In this document: in pieces, positions 8,275-18,454 of the stretch | Position numbering within the stretch: position 1 is the stretch's first letter | Layout: each line of letters starts with the position of its first letter | Source of the DNA: an uncultured delta proteobacterium | GTDB lineage: Bacteria > Desulfobacterota > Desulfomonilia > UBA1062 | Assembly (NCBI GenBank): GCA_963798485.1 | Contig: CAWCTR010000007.1 | Span: forward strand, 384,001-448,000 | Reading direction: 5' to 3' | Length of the DNA stretch: 64,000 nt | Notes under the pieces: generated by a model | The model's database searches: none | What the model was told of the DNA's origin: nothing | Seen by the model: only the letters and a program-made list of their open reading frames with translations | Program-made: the position numbers and the translations under genes

Positions 8275-8940
8275 TCAGATGCTTCTCTTCTTCCTGGTTG
8301 CTGCCAATCCTGCCAAACCGGAACCGAATAATAGGAAGGTTGCTGGCAGTGGTGTAGTCACAGGCGTGCGAGTCCAAGTGCCTGTGCCGAAAGAGGCAGC
8401 TAAAGTTATAAACTGTGGATTTTGAGGTGTACCACTTAAATACCAAACATCGTCACATATACTACCGGGATACTGATCGGTTTGGATATAATAGTAGCCA
8501 TGTAGTGTGGAAGATGAAGCGCTAGAGGTATAGAGATCAGTATACCACTCCGTTGGAAGACCTGATGAACCCACAGCCATTACACGAAGTGCAAGATCTT
8601 GAAATGCCGACCCAGATGGTATGACAAGGGCACCAGAAGATAGGGTATATTGGGTCGTTAGTAAAAAGCCCCCGTAGGCTTGAGGATCAGATGCGCCTGG
8701 CTCAGCAGCTGCTGCTGCCAGTGCGGCTGGTGTACATATGAATTGTAGCGTCATATGATCACCGATGATAGGAGTGGATGGGAATGAGGGGCCTGTGAAA
8801 TAAGTGAAATTAGCGCTAGTGTATGTGTAAAGATACTCTTGGTCGGCGTGGACTGAAAAGGGTACCATCAACATCAGGATGAGAAGCGGTAGAGTCATGG
8901 GTTTGAATGTGTGGATACGTTGGGCTTTGGGTAAGTTCAT
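8275..8940 (-). CDS. VPLPA/PEP-CTERM-type surface protein
   Basis: Signal peptide ending VHA; C-terminal TPLPATFLLFGSGLAGLAATRKKR; GAGGAG RBS before 8940. Confidence 0.85.
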   Translation of the reverse strand: MNLPKAQRIHTFKPMTLPLLILMLMVPFSVHADQEYLYTYTSANFTYFTGPSFPSTPIIGDHMTLQFICTPAALAAAAAEPGASDPQAYGGFLLTTQYTLSSGALVIPSGSAFQDLALRVMAVGSSGLPTEWYTDLYTSSASSSTLHGYYYIQTDQYPGSICDDVWYLSGTPQNPQFITLAASFGTGTWTRTPVTTPLPATFLLFGSGLAGLAATRKKRSI

Positions 8941-9500
8941 AAATAATCTCCTCACAAAAGATTTACCGTTCTTATTGCCACGGGACATGCTTCACCCGCA
9001 TTGCACTCTAAGTCTTATATCTTGTGAGGGCTTTCTGGTTCTTCGGTTAACTACTGTTTGTCCCTAGGAAAGGATCACTTGTAAGCCAGCAAAGTACCCT
9101 TAACGGATACTATTAACATGGTTCTGTTAATATCGTATGAATGAATTGTTAAGTCTTGGTGAATGTATGAGAATGTTTGAGGGGTTATTTAGTGTTAGCT
9201 ACAACTCGATCTTACAAATAGAGAACTGACACTGAAGATGCTCTACGGGATTACCTAAAGAAGCACGAACCTCATTCCAAAAAGTAACCTTCATGAAATA
9301 AGGTCTTAGGGCTTCGTGATTAACGAGATGGTATGCCTTGGCAGTGTTGAGGTCTTGAAGGCTCATCAGAGAGCTGTAACGAGCTCGGAATGCAACTCCT
9401 AACCCATATATAGATTGTATGCAGCACCAAGGAAGCATATTGCTTTTTAAAAAGATATGGTGTCTTGTTATCTGAGATACTTCCAGCAAGGCACACTATA

Positions 9501-9803
9501 ATGTTTGGTAAAAATGATTACAAAGACATAGCTGACAAAGATCAAACGGAGAAGCCTGTAAGGTTAAAAGGCTCTTTTACTTGTTACAAATGTGGGCAGA
9601 GATATGACAATAAGTTTAAGAATCGACATGAAGTCCAAACGGGATGGAGTATTGGTCGAAGCTTAAGATTATATCGTCACCCTGTTAGCCTATGTCTTAC
9701 CTGTTATAAGAAGCAGATTAAGCAGGAGCGAGTCGTGAGCTTGATTATAGTTGCTGTTATAGCCTCTTTGGCCTTTGCTGCTTTACATTACCATTGGTTT
9801 TAA
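9501..9803 (+). CDS. Hypothetical protein with two CxxC motifs and a C-terminal TM helix
   Basis: CYKC...CLTC and a hydrophobic tail; start uncertain. Confidence 0.5.
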   Translation: MFGKNDYKDIADKDQTEKPVRLKGSFTCYKCGQRYDNKFKNRHEVQTGWSIGRSLRLYRHPVSLCLTCYKKQIKQERVVSLIIVAVIASLAFAALHYHWF

Positions 9804-9811
9804 AAAAGACT

Positions 9812-9944
9812 GATTCCTAGCACTCAGATTGACCCCCCCCCCCGGTATACCCGCTGTAGAAAGGGTGGTATAGGTAGAGACTCCTTTTATGTATCCCTAT
9901 GCACACGCTCGCCTGTCTGAGATCAATCCAAATAAAATTTCCAA
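9812..9944. repeat. ~130-bp diverged direct repeat, copy B
   Basis: Aligns with 7271-7397. Confidence 0.85.
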
Positions 9945-9999
9945 CCCATATTAAATAAACAACTCCAGTCCTAGCTCTACGACCAACCAACATTCAAAC

Positions 10000-10362
10000 T
10001 TATTTATCTTCAAACCTGACGGCTATCCCATAAACTTCGGTGGTTTGGTAACAAAAGATATTATAAATCGGGATGAACCCATACATACTATTGGTTACGG
10101 TGACATTAATCAAAGCGTCTCCTCCCTTTTTTGCAAGGGCATCATTCACTGCGGTTGAGAATGTTCCATCTCCCCATGGGATTATTGCTAAGAGGAAGAA
10201 CCGACTAGACTCGCCTTGCACTGCACCCAACTCCTTGTAGGATTTACCATTTCTCAAGAGTGCACCAGGATCACCCATACTCCTGGCAACTATACCAAGT
10301 GTTCCTGTAGACGAACAACCAAACAATAACACTGCCACTAATAGTACAACAATTTTTTTCAT
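10000..10362 (-). CDS. Small lipoprotein (TRL-like)
   Basis: Lipobox LFGC; ALAKKGGDALINV...VYGIAV pattern; GAGGAG RBS. Confidence 0.7.
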   Translation of the reverse strand: MKKIVVLLVAVLLFGCSSTGTLGIVARSMGDPGALLRNGKSYKELGAVQGESSRFFLLAIIPWGDGTFSTAVNDALAKKGGDALINVTVTNSMYGFIPIYNIFCYQTTEVYGIAVRFEDK

Positions 10363-10510
10363 ATTATCTCCTCAAATTTAATGTAATAAATTCAGGCGTT
10401 ATTCCAACATGTTATATTTCTACAACTTTAGTGTCTTAGAGGAAACCACAAATGAAATATTGTCATGACAGTGGGATATAATATCATATTATTCTTAAAA
10501 AATATACTAT

Positions 10511-11805
10511 GGATCTGTAAATTAATTACATGCTCAATTTACCTTTGCAGGTATAATTGAGTAGTTCCACTCACCATGGAATTCATCACGCGAAATGCGT
10601 ATCGCGGCAAATTCTTCGTTAGTCACCCGGATGCCTTTCGGATAAGGTTTTGAGTCGAGTTCTGCTCGCACTTTCAATCCTTTTCGTGTGGTGGTTGACG
10701 CAATCAGATTCACTATTACTTCATGACTAACTAATGGCTGCCCACGCCAATTCATGCTAATATGCGAAAACAATCGATGTTCAATTTTATTCCATTTGCT
10801 TGTTCCCGGTGGGAAGTGACTGACACGGATAGGAATACCAAGCTCATCGGACAACAACTGCAACTCAAGTTTCCATAGCCGAACCCGAGAACCATTGCTG
10901 CCACCACCATCCGCTGTGATTATCAACTCTTTGGCATTGGGATAGAGCGGTCTCCCCATTGAAAACCACCATCGGCGAATTGTGGACACGGCAAAGCTTG
11001 CCGTGTCATGATCCGTACCTACGCTAACCCAGCCAGTATTGTTTGCCAGATCATAGACACCATATGGGTTGGCGCGGCCCAGATCTTTATCAACAAAGTC
11101 ATATACATTAACTTGTTCTGGTTCTCCCTGTGGCCGCCATTCCTTTCCTCCGTTCTTAAACTGACCAACGAGTTCTTTCTTCTTGGTGTCAACCGAAATT
11201 ACCGGTTGCCCTTTACGCAACGCTTCTTCTGTCCGGGTGTTTATATATTTAAACTGCGCATCGCGGTCGGGATGGCTAGACCCTTCCATGGTTTTGCGGT
11301 TTCCTTGCAGGCTATATCCAAGCTTTTTAAGTAGTCCTCCTATAGACGTGTGGCTAACAATATACCCCTCCACGCCCAACTCAGTTTCCAGCTGCCTCAG
11401 GCTCTTGCAGGTCCAGCGTAAGGGTGATTCTGGATCTCCCAGGGTTACCGGCTCTACCAAGCTCTCCAATGCTGTCAGCAATTTCGCGTCGCCTTTAACA
11501 GAAGCTTTTCTCCCGGCGCCTACTCGGCGTATTCGCCGCGAACTGCTTCCCAGTTCCTCAGGCCTTTGAGCAAGATCTTTTAACCCTTGCTGAATCGAGC
11601 CACGCGCCACCCCTGTTGCTTTCCATACAAGCGTTATGCCGCCATGACCAACTACTTTTGCCTCGGATGCGGCTACCAAACGCCTCAATCGTTCATCTAA
11701 CGCCCATTCAATACTCTGATAGCGCTCTTTGATTGCTGACTCATTATCCATGCATTAAATCTAACACACAGTGTTAATATAGTCATGTTATTTATTTACA
11801 GTTCC
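10511..11805 (-). mobile_element. ISAzo13-family insertion sequence
   Basis: 22-bp imperfect TIRs GGATCTGTAAATTAATTACATG / (rc) GGAACTGTAAATAAATAACATG; 3-bp TAT target duplication (10508-10510, 11806-11808). Confidence 0.9.
10534..11751 (-). CDS. ISAzo13-family DDE transposase
   Basis: GDPESPLRWT, ISVDTKKKE, ADGGGSN, PPGTSKWNKIEHRLF, HGEWNY. Confidence 0.93.
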   Translation of the reverse strand: MDNESAIKERYQSIEWALDERLRRLVAASEAKVVGHGGITLVWKATGVARGSIQQGLKDLAQRPEELGSSSRRIRRVGAGRKASVKGDAKLLTALESLVEPVTLGDPESPLRWTCKSLRQLETELGVEGYIVSHTSIGGLLKKLGYSLQGNRKTMEGSSHPDRDAQFKYINTRTEEALRKGQPVISVDTKKKELVGQFKNGGKEWRPQGEPEQVNVYDFVDKDLGRANPYGVYDLANNTGWVSVGTDHDTASFAVSTIRRWWFSMGRPLYPNAKELIITADGGGSNGSRVRLWKLELQLLSDELGIPIRVSHFPPGTSKWNKIEHRLFSHISMNWRGQPLVSHEVIVNLIASTTTRKGLKVRAELDSKPYPKGIRVTNEEFAAIRISRDEFHGEWNYSIIPAKVN

Positions 11806-11845
11806 TATGCCTGATCTGATTATTGATCTAACGATCATAGATTAT

Positions 11846-12117
11846 GCCTCTGTTTCTGTCCGTAGTAACATATAATATATCAAGCATGCCCTTGAACCGG
11901 CTCCCCTGCTGATAATGTAGCAATTCACGTATCACAACATTGCCTTGCTCAAAACATGCGTAGAACTAGTCTTCATGCCGTCAAGCGGTGATGAATTAGA
12001 TGGAATTATCAATACTGAGTTTATTCAAAATATTCAAGATAACCCCAGTATGCACACCCAAGTCATTCACATGGCTCATGCTCTTGAGCGTAGATCCAGA
12101 TATGGTGCCGATCTGCG
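11846..12117. repeat. ~270-bp diverged direct repeat, copy 2
   Basis: Aligns with 1446-1718. Confidence 0.9.
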
Positions 12118-12150
12118 TAGAAGGGGGTCACTATCGCAATACATTCACCT

Positions 12151-12231
12151 TCCCCGTATCTTCCCCGTAGTGCCTGGAGAGCTAGGCTAGGGCAGTAACT
12201 GTGGAGTATTCAAATCCCTCCTCCGCTACCA
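12151..12231 (+). other. attR: arm-type pair plus 23-bp core
   Basis: TCCCCGT twice (12151, 12162), then the tRNA 3' fragment at 12209-12231. Confidence 0.85.
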
Positions 12232-12300
12232 AGATATAAAAACTTAAATGAATTATTAATGACAAGCAAGTGTGCATGGCACTGAAGCTTCTCATTAATT

Positions 12301-12696
12301 TTATTTATTATGAAAAAACTTTCGAAATGTTGCAATACCCATCATGCCGCTTCCGACAAGAAGCATTGTAGCTGGTTCAGGAACAGGTGATGGATGGGTC
12401 GTTGGCCGATCAGGATTGAAATTGCAAGAGACATTGATACTCACCGGGTTGGATGGTGGCTGAGGTAAATTGCATTTAAGAATATCGGGGCAGGGGCTCG
12501 TGATGGCGCTTCTGCTTAGCAAGCATGTATCATTAGAAATAATGTTCAATAATATACTTGAATTTGAATAGATTGTATTGAAAAAGAATAACGGTATGTT
12601 GGAGTCTGTGTTAGGCATATTACTTATTGGAAGTGCATAAGCTGTTAGCGGTATAAACAGAAAAAGTAATGCTACTAATGTTCTTTTTATAGCCAT
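12301..12696 (-). CDS. PEP-CTERM sorting-domain protein
   Basis: Signal peptide; VPEPATMLLVGSGMMGIATFRK. Confidence 0.9.
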   Translation of the reverse strand: MAIKRTLVALLFLFIPLTAYALPISNMPNTDSNIPLFFFNTIYSNSSILLNIISNDTCLLSRSAITSPCPDILKCNLPQPPSNPVSINVSCNFNPDRPTTHPSPVPEPATMLLVGSGMMGIATFRKFFHNK

Positions 12697-12741
12697 TTGT
12701 TACCTCCTGGTGTCTTTCCGATGATGTTTTGTTAGGTAAAA

Positions 12742-12758
12742 TGCATTATTGATGCCAA
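12742..12758 (-). promoter_or_regulatory. Sigma-54 promoter of the PEP-CTERM gene
   Basis: Minus strand TTGGCATCAATAATGCA is GG-N10-GC, about 45 bp before the ATG; PEP-CTERM genes are commonly sigma-54 controlled. Confidence 0.7.
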
Positions 12759-12988
12759 AGAAAGAGATTCAAAACAGTTATTAAATTCAAGTAATTATCA
12801 GAAAAGGAATTTAAAAAAAACGATGCAAACACTATAATAAGAAATGATTAGCCACATTGTCCCAAATATTTTCTCTTTTGTGGAAAAACTGTGATTGCCT
12901 AATTATGAGATGGAAGTTGAAAGACATCTGGGATCTGGTTTATTATCCTTAACAATTTCCGATAAAAGTTTTGAAAGGGTGATGTAGC

Positions 12989-15040
12989 ATGTCTAATAAA
13001 ATCATGCTTGCTTTATGTATTCATTCCCACCAGCCTGTGGGTAATTACGCGAGTGTTTTCGAGCAGGGAGCAAGGGAATGCTATCTGCCTTTTCTGAGAC
13101 TCTTACAGGAGTACCCTGATATTCGTGCAACACTCCATTATACAGGGCCGTTACTTGAATGGTTCGATCAGAATTCACCGGAATTTTTCGAGCTGCTTAC
13201 CATGCTGGTAGAAAGGTCCCAGGTGGAACTTATGGGGGGCGGATTTTATGAGCCCATTCTCCCCGTTATCCCAAAGAGAGATGTTCAAAAACAGATTGAA
13301 TATACGAAAAATTATTTGAAAAACAGGTTCGGTGTGGTCCCCGGCGGTATGTGGTGTACGGAGAGGATTTGGGACCCAAGCCTCCCGAAAAAGATCAACT
13401 CTGGTGCAAAGGTTGAATATACACTCCTTGACGACAGCCATTTTCTCTCTGCCGGTCTTTGCCCGGATGATGTCCATGGATATTACATAACCGAAAGGGA
13501 GGGATATGCCCTTAAAGTGTTTCCCATTGACATGCACCTGCGCTATCTTATCCCTTTCAAAGAGCCCAATGAAATTATTGACTATATCCTCCATCTGAAG
13601 GCGAGGGGAGTGAATATCATCACCTACGGAGATGATGGGGAAAAATTCGGCATGTGGCCGGGGACGTTCAAATGGGTGATAGAGCAGGGATGGCTTCGGC
13701 GTTTCTTTGATGCCATGCTGAAGGTCTCAAACGATATTGAGATCGTTCCCTTGTCTTACGCCCTTGAGCGTTATCCCCCCAACGGACTCGTCTACCTGCC
13801 TACGGCAACCTATCAGGAAATGATGGAGTGGAGCCTCCTTGCTCCCCAGGGCAGATACTATGAAGAACTTGTAAAGAAGGCAAAAACAGAGCACGACTGG
13901 GATCGTAAGCGCGCATTTTTAAGAGGGGGCATGTGGGACAATTTCCTCTCCAAGTATCGCGAATCTAATTTGATGCATAAAAAGATGCTGAAGGTAAGCT
14001 CACTGGTGCAGACATATGGTCAAGGGTCTGATGATGCCATGAAGCATCTTCTTATGGGTCAATGTAATTGCCCCTACTGGCATGGTCTTTTCGGTGGAAT
14101 CTATATCGGGGCTCTTAGGCATGCGATCTATGAGAATCTTCTGAAGGCCGAACAGATCATCGATGAAAGCCGTATGGGCGATTGCCCCTGGATCGTTGAA
14201 CAGGTAGACCACGATGTTGATGGTTACGAAGAGGTCCTCATTTCGGGGAGGATACTCAATTGCTATATCTCACCACAAGACAATGCCTCGGTCTTCGCAC
14301 TTGAATACAAGCCGAAGCATTATAGTCTCTCCAATATCCTGATGCGTAACCCTGAAATTTATCACAAGGATGTCCTGAATCCCCAGGTGCACAAAAAGAA
14401 AAAGTCAGCTGAAGAGCCGCTGTCTATTCATGATATTCCCCATGAAACCCCCGAAGAGTTCAAAGAACTTCTGGTGTATGATACCTACCGGAAGGATTCC
14501 TTCATTACCCATTATCTTGAGGCACCTGCGTCAGTTGAGAAGATCCTCAAAGAAAACCGGATCGGTACCTCCCTGACTGCTCATCTCCCGTTCCAGCTTG
14601 TGTCGAAGGTTGACAATGAAGACAGTGTTTCCCTTACATTTACCGGCACACAGGGCATTCTGGAGATAAGCAAAACATATCGGTATGATCCTTTAGGATC
14701 TATTACTTTATCTCATGTAATATCCCCCTTAAGTGAAAATACATGGATCGTCATTGAATGGAATATATTCACCCTCACCGGTGAGAGGCCATTTGTTGAT
14801 ACGCAGGCCATGGAGAATGACCGTGGTGTTTACAGGGCTCACTGTGTTGAGATCAAGGATAGCTATAGCGGGCTCACCGTTCGGATTGAATCCGGATCTT
14901 ACTGGGTTGTCTGCATCGTGCCCATTGAATGTGTATCACAAAGTGAGGATGGCTTTGAAAAGACATTCCAGGGGTGGAGTGTATATTTCATGCAGCAGTG
15001 CCAGAAAAATGTTCCTGATGTAACACTGAAGGTGTCTTAG
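12989..15040 (+). CDS. GH57 alpha-amylase / 4-alpha-glucanotransferase
   Basis: HSHQP, GMWCTERIW, GDDGEKFG, YWHGLFGG. Confidence 0.9.
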   Translation: MSNKIMLALCIHSHQPVGNYASVFEQGARECYLPFLRLLQEYPDIRATLHYTGPLLEWFDQNSPEFFELLTMLVERSQVELMGGGFYEPILPVIPKRDVQKQIEYTKNYLKNRFGVVPGGMWCTERIWDPSLPKKINSGAKVEYTLLDDSHFLSAGLCPDDVHGYYITEREGYALKVFPIDMHLRYLIPFKEPNEIIDYILHLKARGVNIITYGDDGEKFGMWPGTFKWVIEQGWLRRFFDAMLKVSNDIEIVPLSYALERYPPNGLVYLPTATYQEMMEWSLLAPQGRYYEELVKKAKTEHDWDRKRAFLRGGMWDNFLSKYRESNLMHKKMLKVSSLVQTYGQGSDDAMKHLLMGQCNCPYWHGLFGGIYIGALRHAIYENLLKAEQIIDESRMGDCPWIVEQVDHDVDGYEEVLISGRILNCYISPQDNASVFALEYKPKHYSLSNILMRNPEIYHKDVLNPQVHKKKKSAEEPLSIHDIPHETPEEFKELLVYDTYRKDSFITHYLEAPASVEKILKENRIGTSLTAHLPFQLVSKVDNEDSVSLTFTGTQGILEISKTYRYDPLGSITLSHVISPLSENTWIVIEWNIFTLTGERPFVDTQAMENDRGVYRAHCVEIKDSYSGLTVRIESGSYWVVCIVPIECVSQSEDGFEKTFQGWSVYFMQQCQKNVPDVTLKVS

Positions 15041-15115
15041 GGATGTCATAGATGAGGATGCAGCGAAGATAATGCGATCACCTGTAGTTTCATTATAAGG
15101 TATCGGAAAGAAGAG

Positions 15116-15808
15116 ATGCCGAGGTTTTTTGCTGAGATCACCCGGTTCCCTATAGCCATAATTGTCGGAAAGGGGGCTGTCCGTCATATCACTGGTCCCT
15201 TAAGGAAGAGGAAGGGTGACGAGATTGCTATCCGCGTGGGGGACCAAGGCTTCCAGGCAAGGATCTCAGCCATTGGTTCAGAAGAGATCCTGCTTGATAT
15301 AATTGACGAAGAGCCCCTTCAAGATAGAAGCATTGCACGAGTGCACCTGGCCATATGTCTCTTCGACCTAAAGGATCTCGATAATGCCATCCGGTGTACA
15401 TCGGAACTCGGTGTTTCAAGTATCCACCCGGTCATATCATCAAGGTCGAACATCCGATCCATAACTGAGGCTCGATTTGCACGTTGGGAGGCTATAATCC
15501 TTGAGGCGGTCAAGCAATGTGACAGGATGACAACCCCCATTATCCATTGGCCGGTGTCTCTGGATGCATTCATATGTGAAGTATCTCACCTGTGGAGCAC
15601 CAGGCTTGTGGCCCATAAAGAAGCTCGATATTCCATACTCGAATATCGGGGAAACGATTGTTGTATACTTATAGGTCCTGAAGGAGGATTTTCTTCAGAA
15701 GAGCTTCGGGCGATTACTCAGGGCGGGTTCATTCCTGTGAGCTTGGGGAATACGATCTTGAGGTCTACCACGGCAGCAATATGCGCTATAAGTATTCTTG
15801 GTTTGTAA
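15116..15808 (+). CDS. rsmE: 16S rRNA m3U1498 methyltransferase
   Basis: ELGV, EAVKQC, IGPEGGF, SLGNTILR. Confidence 0.92.
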   Translation: MPRFFAEITRFPIAIIVGKGAVRHITGPLRKRKGDEIAIRVGDQGFQARISAIGSEEILLDIIDEEPLQDRSIARVHLAICLFDLKDLDNAIRCTSELGVSSIHPVISSRSNIRSITEARFARWEAIILEAVKQCDRMTTPIIHWPVSLDAFICEVSHLWSTRLVAHKEARYSILEYRGNDCCILIGPEGGFSSEELRAITQGGFIPVSLGNTILRSTTAAICAISILGL

Positions 15809-15826
15809 AAATAATCTTCGCGAACC

Positions 15827-15937
15827 AATTGCAAAACTACCAGAATGTCATTCCCGCGGAAGCGGGAATCCAGTCTTCTCAAGGACTTCTGGACCCCCGC
15901 TTTCGCGGGGGTGACACCTTTTTTTAGTTTTGCAATT
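15827..15937. repeat. REP-doublet-like nested palindrome between convergent genes
   Basis: GTCATTCCCGCGGAAGCGGGAATCCAG plus an inverted copy, inside an AATTGCAAAACTA/TAGTTTTGCAATT outer stem. Confidence 0.85.
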
Positions 15938-15944
15938 AGCTAAT

Positions 15945-18233
15945 TTACTTGGGTTTTTGCGATTGGAGACGTGTGAGCTGTGCCTGGGCCTGTTGTTTTT
16001 CCGGGAATTGTTTGGTGCTGATCAGTGATTTTTTTAGGTATGAAACAGCCTCAGTGTTTCTCTTGAGATCCATAAGGGCCAGCGCCATGTGATAGAGTAC
16101 TGTCGGCTCATCTCCCAGTTTCTCGGAAGCTAGTTGGAACTGACCCAGGGCGTTATCGGGTAGACCCTCTTTCAGATAAACATAACCGAGGGTATCTGCA
16201 ACCCTTGGATCATCAGGGTACATATCCTTGGCTGTTTGTGCTAATTTGAGTGCCTCACCAAGATCGCTCTTCTTTCCTTTCTCAGCGAGAACCCAGGCCA
16301 GGTTGTTTGCTGCAAGGCCATTTTTCGGATTCTTATCGAGGATATACTTATATACCTTTTGAGCATCATCCAGATTCCCCGCGCTCTGATGGAGCAGGGC
16401 GAGCATGGTTGCTGCATTTATATCATTGGGGTTCTTGTTCAGGATAGCCTCATACTCCTCCAAGGCATTCTTCACCATGTTGTTCCGTGCATAGTATTGG
16501 GCCAAGACATGGTAGGAGGCGTCTTTTTTGGGATCGAGCCCTATCGCTGTTTTTATCTCTGAGAGTGCCTCATCTTTCTTCCCTGACCCTTCCAGGAGCG
16601 CTGATAGTATCATATGGCAACTTGCCGTACCTTTTGCGGCGCAGATGCCTTTTATCTTTGTAATTGCCTCCTGCCATCCGATTACTCCAGGGGCTGTATA
16701 GGCAAAGAACGATAAGGCTTCGTCATTGTGAGGGTAGAGGGTAATTGCGCGTTCAGCTATAAGGTAAGCATTCTTTTTATCATTTTGGTCCAGGTAGTAG
16801 CGGATTTGTGCATGGAGTGTGATCCAATCATTAGGTGAGAGGGTTTTCAGGGTTTGGATGTATGGTAAGGCAGCTTGGGGGCCTGAAGTTCTGAGTGCAG
16901 AGAGTGCGCCAATATAGAGGATGTCAGGGGTATTCACCGAATGTTTGACAAGGAGCTCGGTTTCAGTAACTGCGTCCTTGAATTCGCCCTGGAGGAAGTG
17001 GATCTTTGCCATTATCCTGTGGAGCTGTATATTCTGGACATGTTCCTTAAGAGAATTCTCAACGAGTTCCCTCGCCTTTTTCATATCACCTTTGATAATG
17101 TAGGCCTGTGCTGCCGTTGACGCAACATCCGGGTTTTGGGGAGCCATTTTCAGGGGTTCACTGAGCATCTCTATGGCCTTGGTGCCGTCTTTTTCTTCGA
17201 TGTATACCCGGGCAAGCATGATTTTTGATACTATATCACCGGGATACTTCTCCACTGTCTCGATAAGCAATTTCTTTGCCTGAGCACCATCTTTTTTCTC
17301 CAAGAGGATCTGGGCGATGAGGGTGCGGATCTGAGTTGAATCTTTCAACTCGCGTGCTTTTTGTGCTGTTTTCAATGCCCCATCCAGGTCATGCTTCTGG
17401 TGGAGTATGGAGGATTCCAGGAGATAAGGCTCGGGGTTTTGCGGATAGTCCTTTTTCAAAGCTGCAAGCCGGCCCTGATAAAGGGCATCCATGTTATGGC
17501 GAGCATAGAACATAGCCAAAGCAACCCCGGCAGAGACATTGCCGCCTGAAACACGATATGCCTCTTCGGCCCACCTTCTGGCAGTGGCAAGATCATTCTT
17601 GAGCGCATAAATATCGCTTGCAACAAAACGCAATTTTGTTGACTTTGGGAACAAGGTAGTTCCCTTGTTTACCAAGGCTTTTGCATCATCCACCCTTCCC
17701 ACAGGCATATACATTTGAATGGTAGTTATATACATGTCCTCTGTGGGATTCTGTGCGCCGATAAGCCCTTCCATGACCTTGATCCCTTGCTCCCGCTTCC
17801 CGTTCATGAAGAGGGATTGAGCCAACACCTCTTTTGCGAGAATATTCTTTGAGTCGGTTTGAAGGAGCGTAGAAGCTTGCTGTTCTGCCAGATCATATCT
17901 TTTCGCGAGTAGGAGCATGGAAGCGAGGTATTCTCTGGACTTTACATTCTTTGGATCGGCTTGGGAGGCCTTCGTGAAGGCTGCGTATGCTTCCTGCGGT
18001 CGGCTCAGTTTGAGCTGGGCCTCGCCAAGGCTGATAAGTGTTTTGACATCATCCGGGGTTATCTGCAAGGCGTTCTGATATTGGATCGCGGCCTCGGCAT
18101 ATTTCCCATGGCTTAAGTATTTCTGGGCGCTTGAGAGGTAGTCCTGCCGTTTTTCTTGCGGACTTTTGCTGCACCCGACAAGGACAACCATAGAAATAAA
18201 TATAAGTACTAAGAGCAGAGCGACCCTCTTCAT
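15945..18233 (-). CDS. TPR-repeat lipoprotein (PrsT-like, PEP-CTERM system)
   Basis: Lipobox LVGC, many TPRs, NNLAW...DTLGYVY tail. Confidence 0.8.
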   Translation of the reverse strand: MKRVALLLVLIFISMVVLVGCSKSPQEKRQDYLSSAQKYLSHGKYAEAAIQYQNALQITPDDVKTLISLGEAQLKLSRPQEAYAAFTKASQADPKNVKSREYLASMLLLAKRYDLAEQQASTLLQTDSKNILAKEVLAQSLFMNGKREQGIKVMEGLIGAQNPTEDMYITTIQMYMPVGRVDDAKALVNKGTTLFPKSTKLRFVASDIYALKNDLATARRWAEEAYRVSGGNVSAGVALAMFYARHNMDALYQGRLAALKKDYPQNPEPYLLESSILHQKHDLDGALKTAQKARELKDSTQIRTLIAQILLEKKDGAQAKKLLIETVEKYPGDIVSKIMLARVYIEEKDGTKAIEMLSEPLKMAPQNPDVASTAAQAYIIKGDMKKARELVENSLKEHVQNIQLHRIMAKIHFLQGEFKDAVTETELLVKHSVNTPDILYIGALSALRTSGPQAALPYIQTLKTLSPNDWITLHAQIRYYLDQNDKKNAYLIAERAITLYPHNDEALSFFAYTAPGVIGWQEAITKIKGICAAKGTASCHMILSALLEGSGKKDEALSEIKTAIGLDPKKDASYHVLAQYYARNNMVKNALEEYEAILNKNPNDINAATMLALLHQSAGNLDDAQKVYKYILDKNPKNGLAANNLAWVLAEKGKKSDLGEALKLAQTAKDMYPDDPRVADTLGYVYLKEGLPDNALGQFQLASEKLGDEPTVLYHMALALMDLKRNTEAVSYLKKSLISTKQFPEKQQAQAQLTRLQSQKPK

Positions 18234-18454
18234 AATCCCCCCTTGTAGCAAATGGGCTCACGATAACACAGTTGGCAGCATAGGAAAAGGAACAAGAAGC
18301 TTCTATGGATGAAACCATTCGGATTATCTCCATATAGGCTATCTCAGATGTAGGCATAAGGGCAGGCCCAAAGTTGATTGATCATGGGGCTTATGTTGAC
18401 TTCCCTTTTCCAAGATACTATTAAAAGGACGGAATCTATTCAAGGAGTAAAAAT

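Larger units (their letters stand above)
1819..12231. mobile_element. tRNA-integrated genomic island / satellite-like element, ~10.4 kb
   Basis: Identical 23-bp TTCAAATCCCTCCTCCGCTACCA at 1819-1841 and 12209-12231; adjacent tyrosine integrase; lower GC than the core genes; no capsid or conjugation genes. Confidence 0.9.

Noticed and set aside
9199-9489. 96-aa minus-strand ORF
   Set aside because: No RBS or recognisable motif; cannot be supported as a gene.
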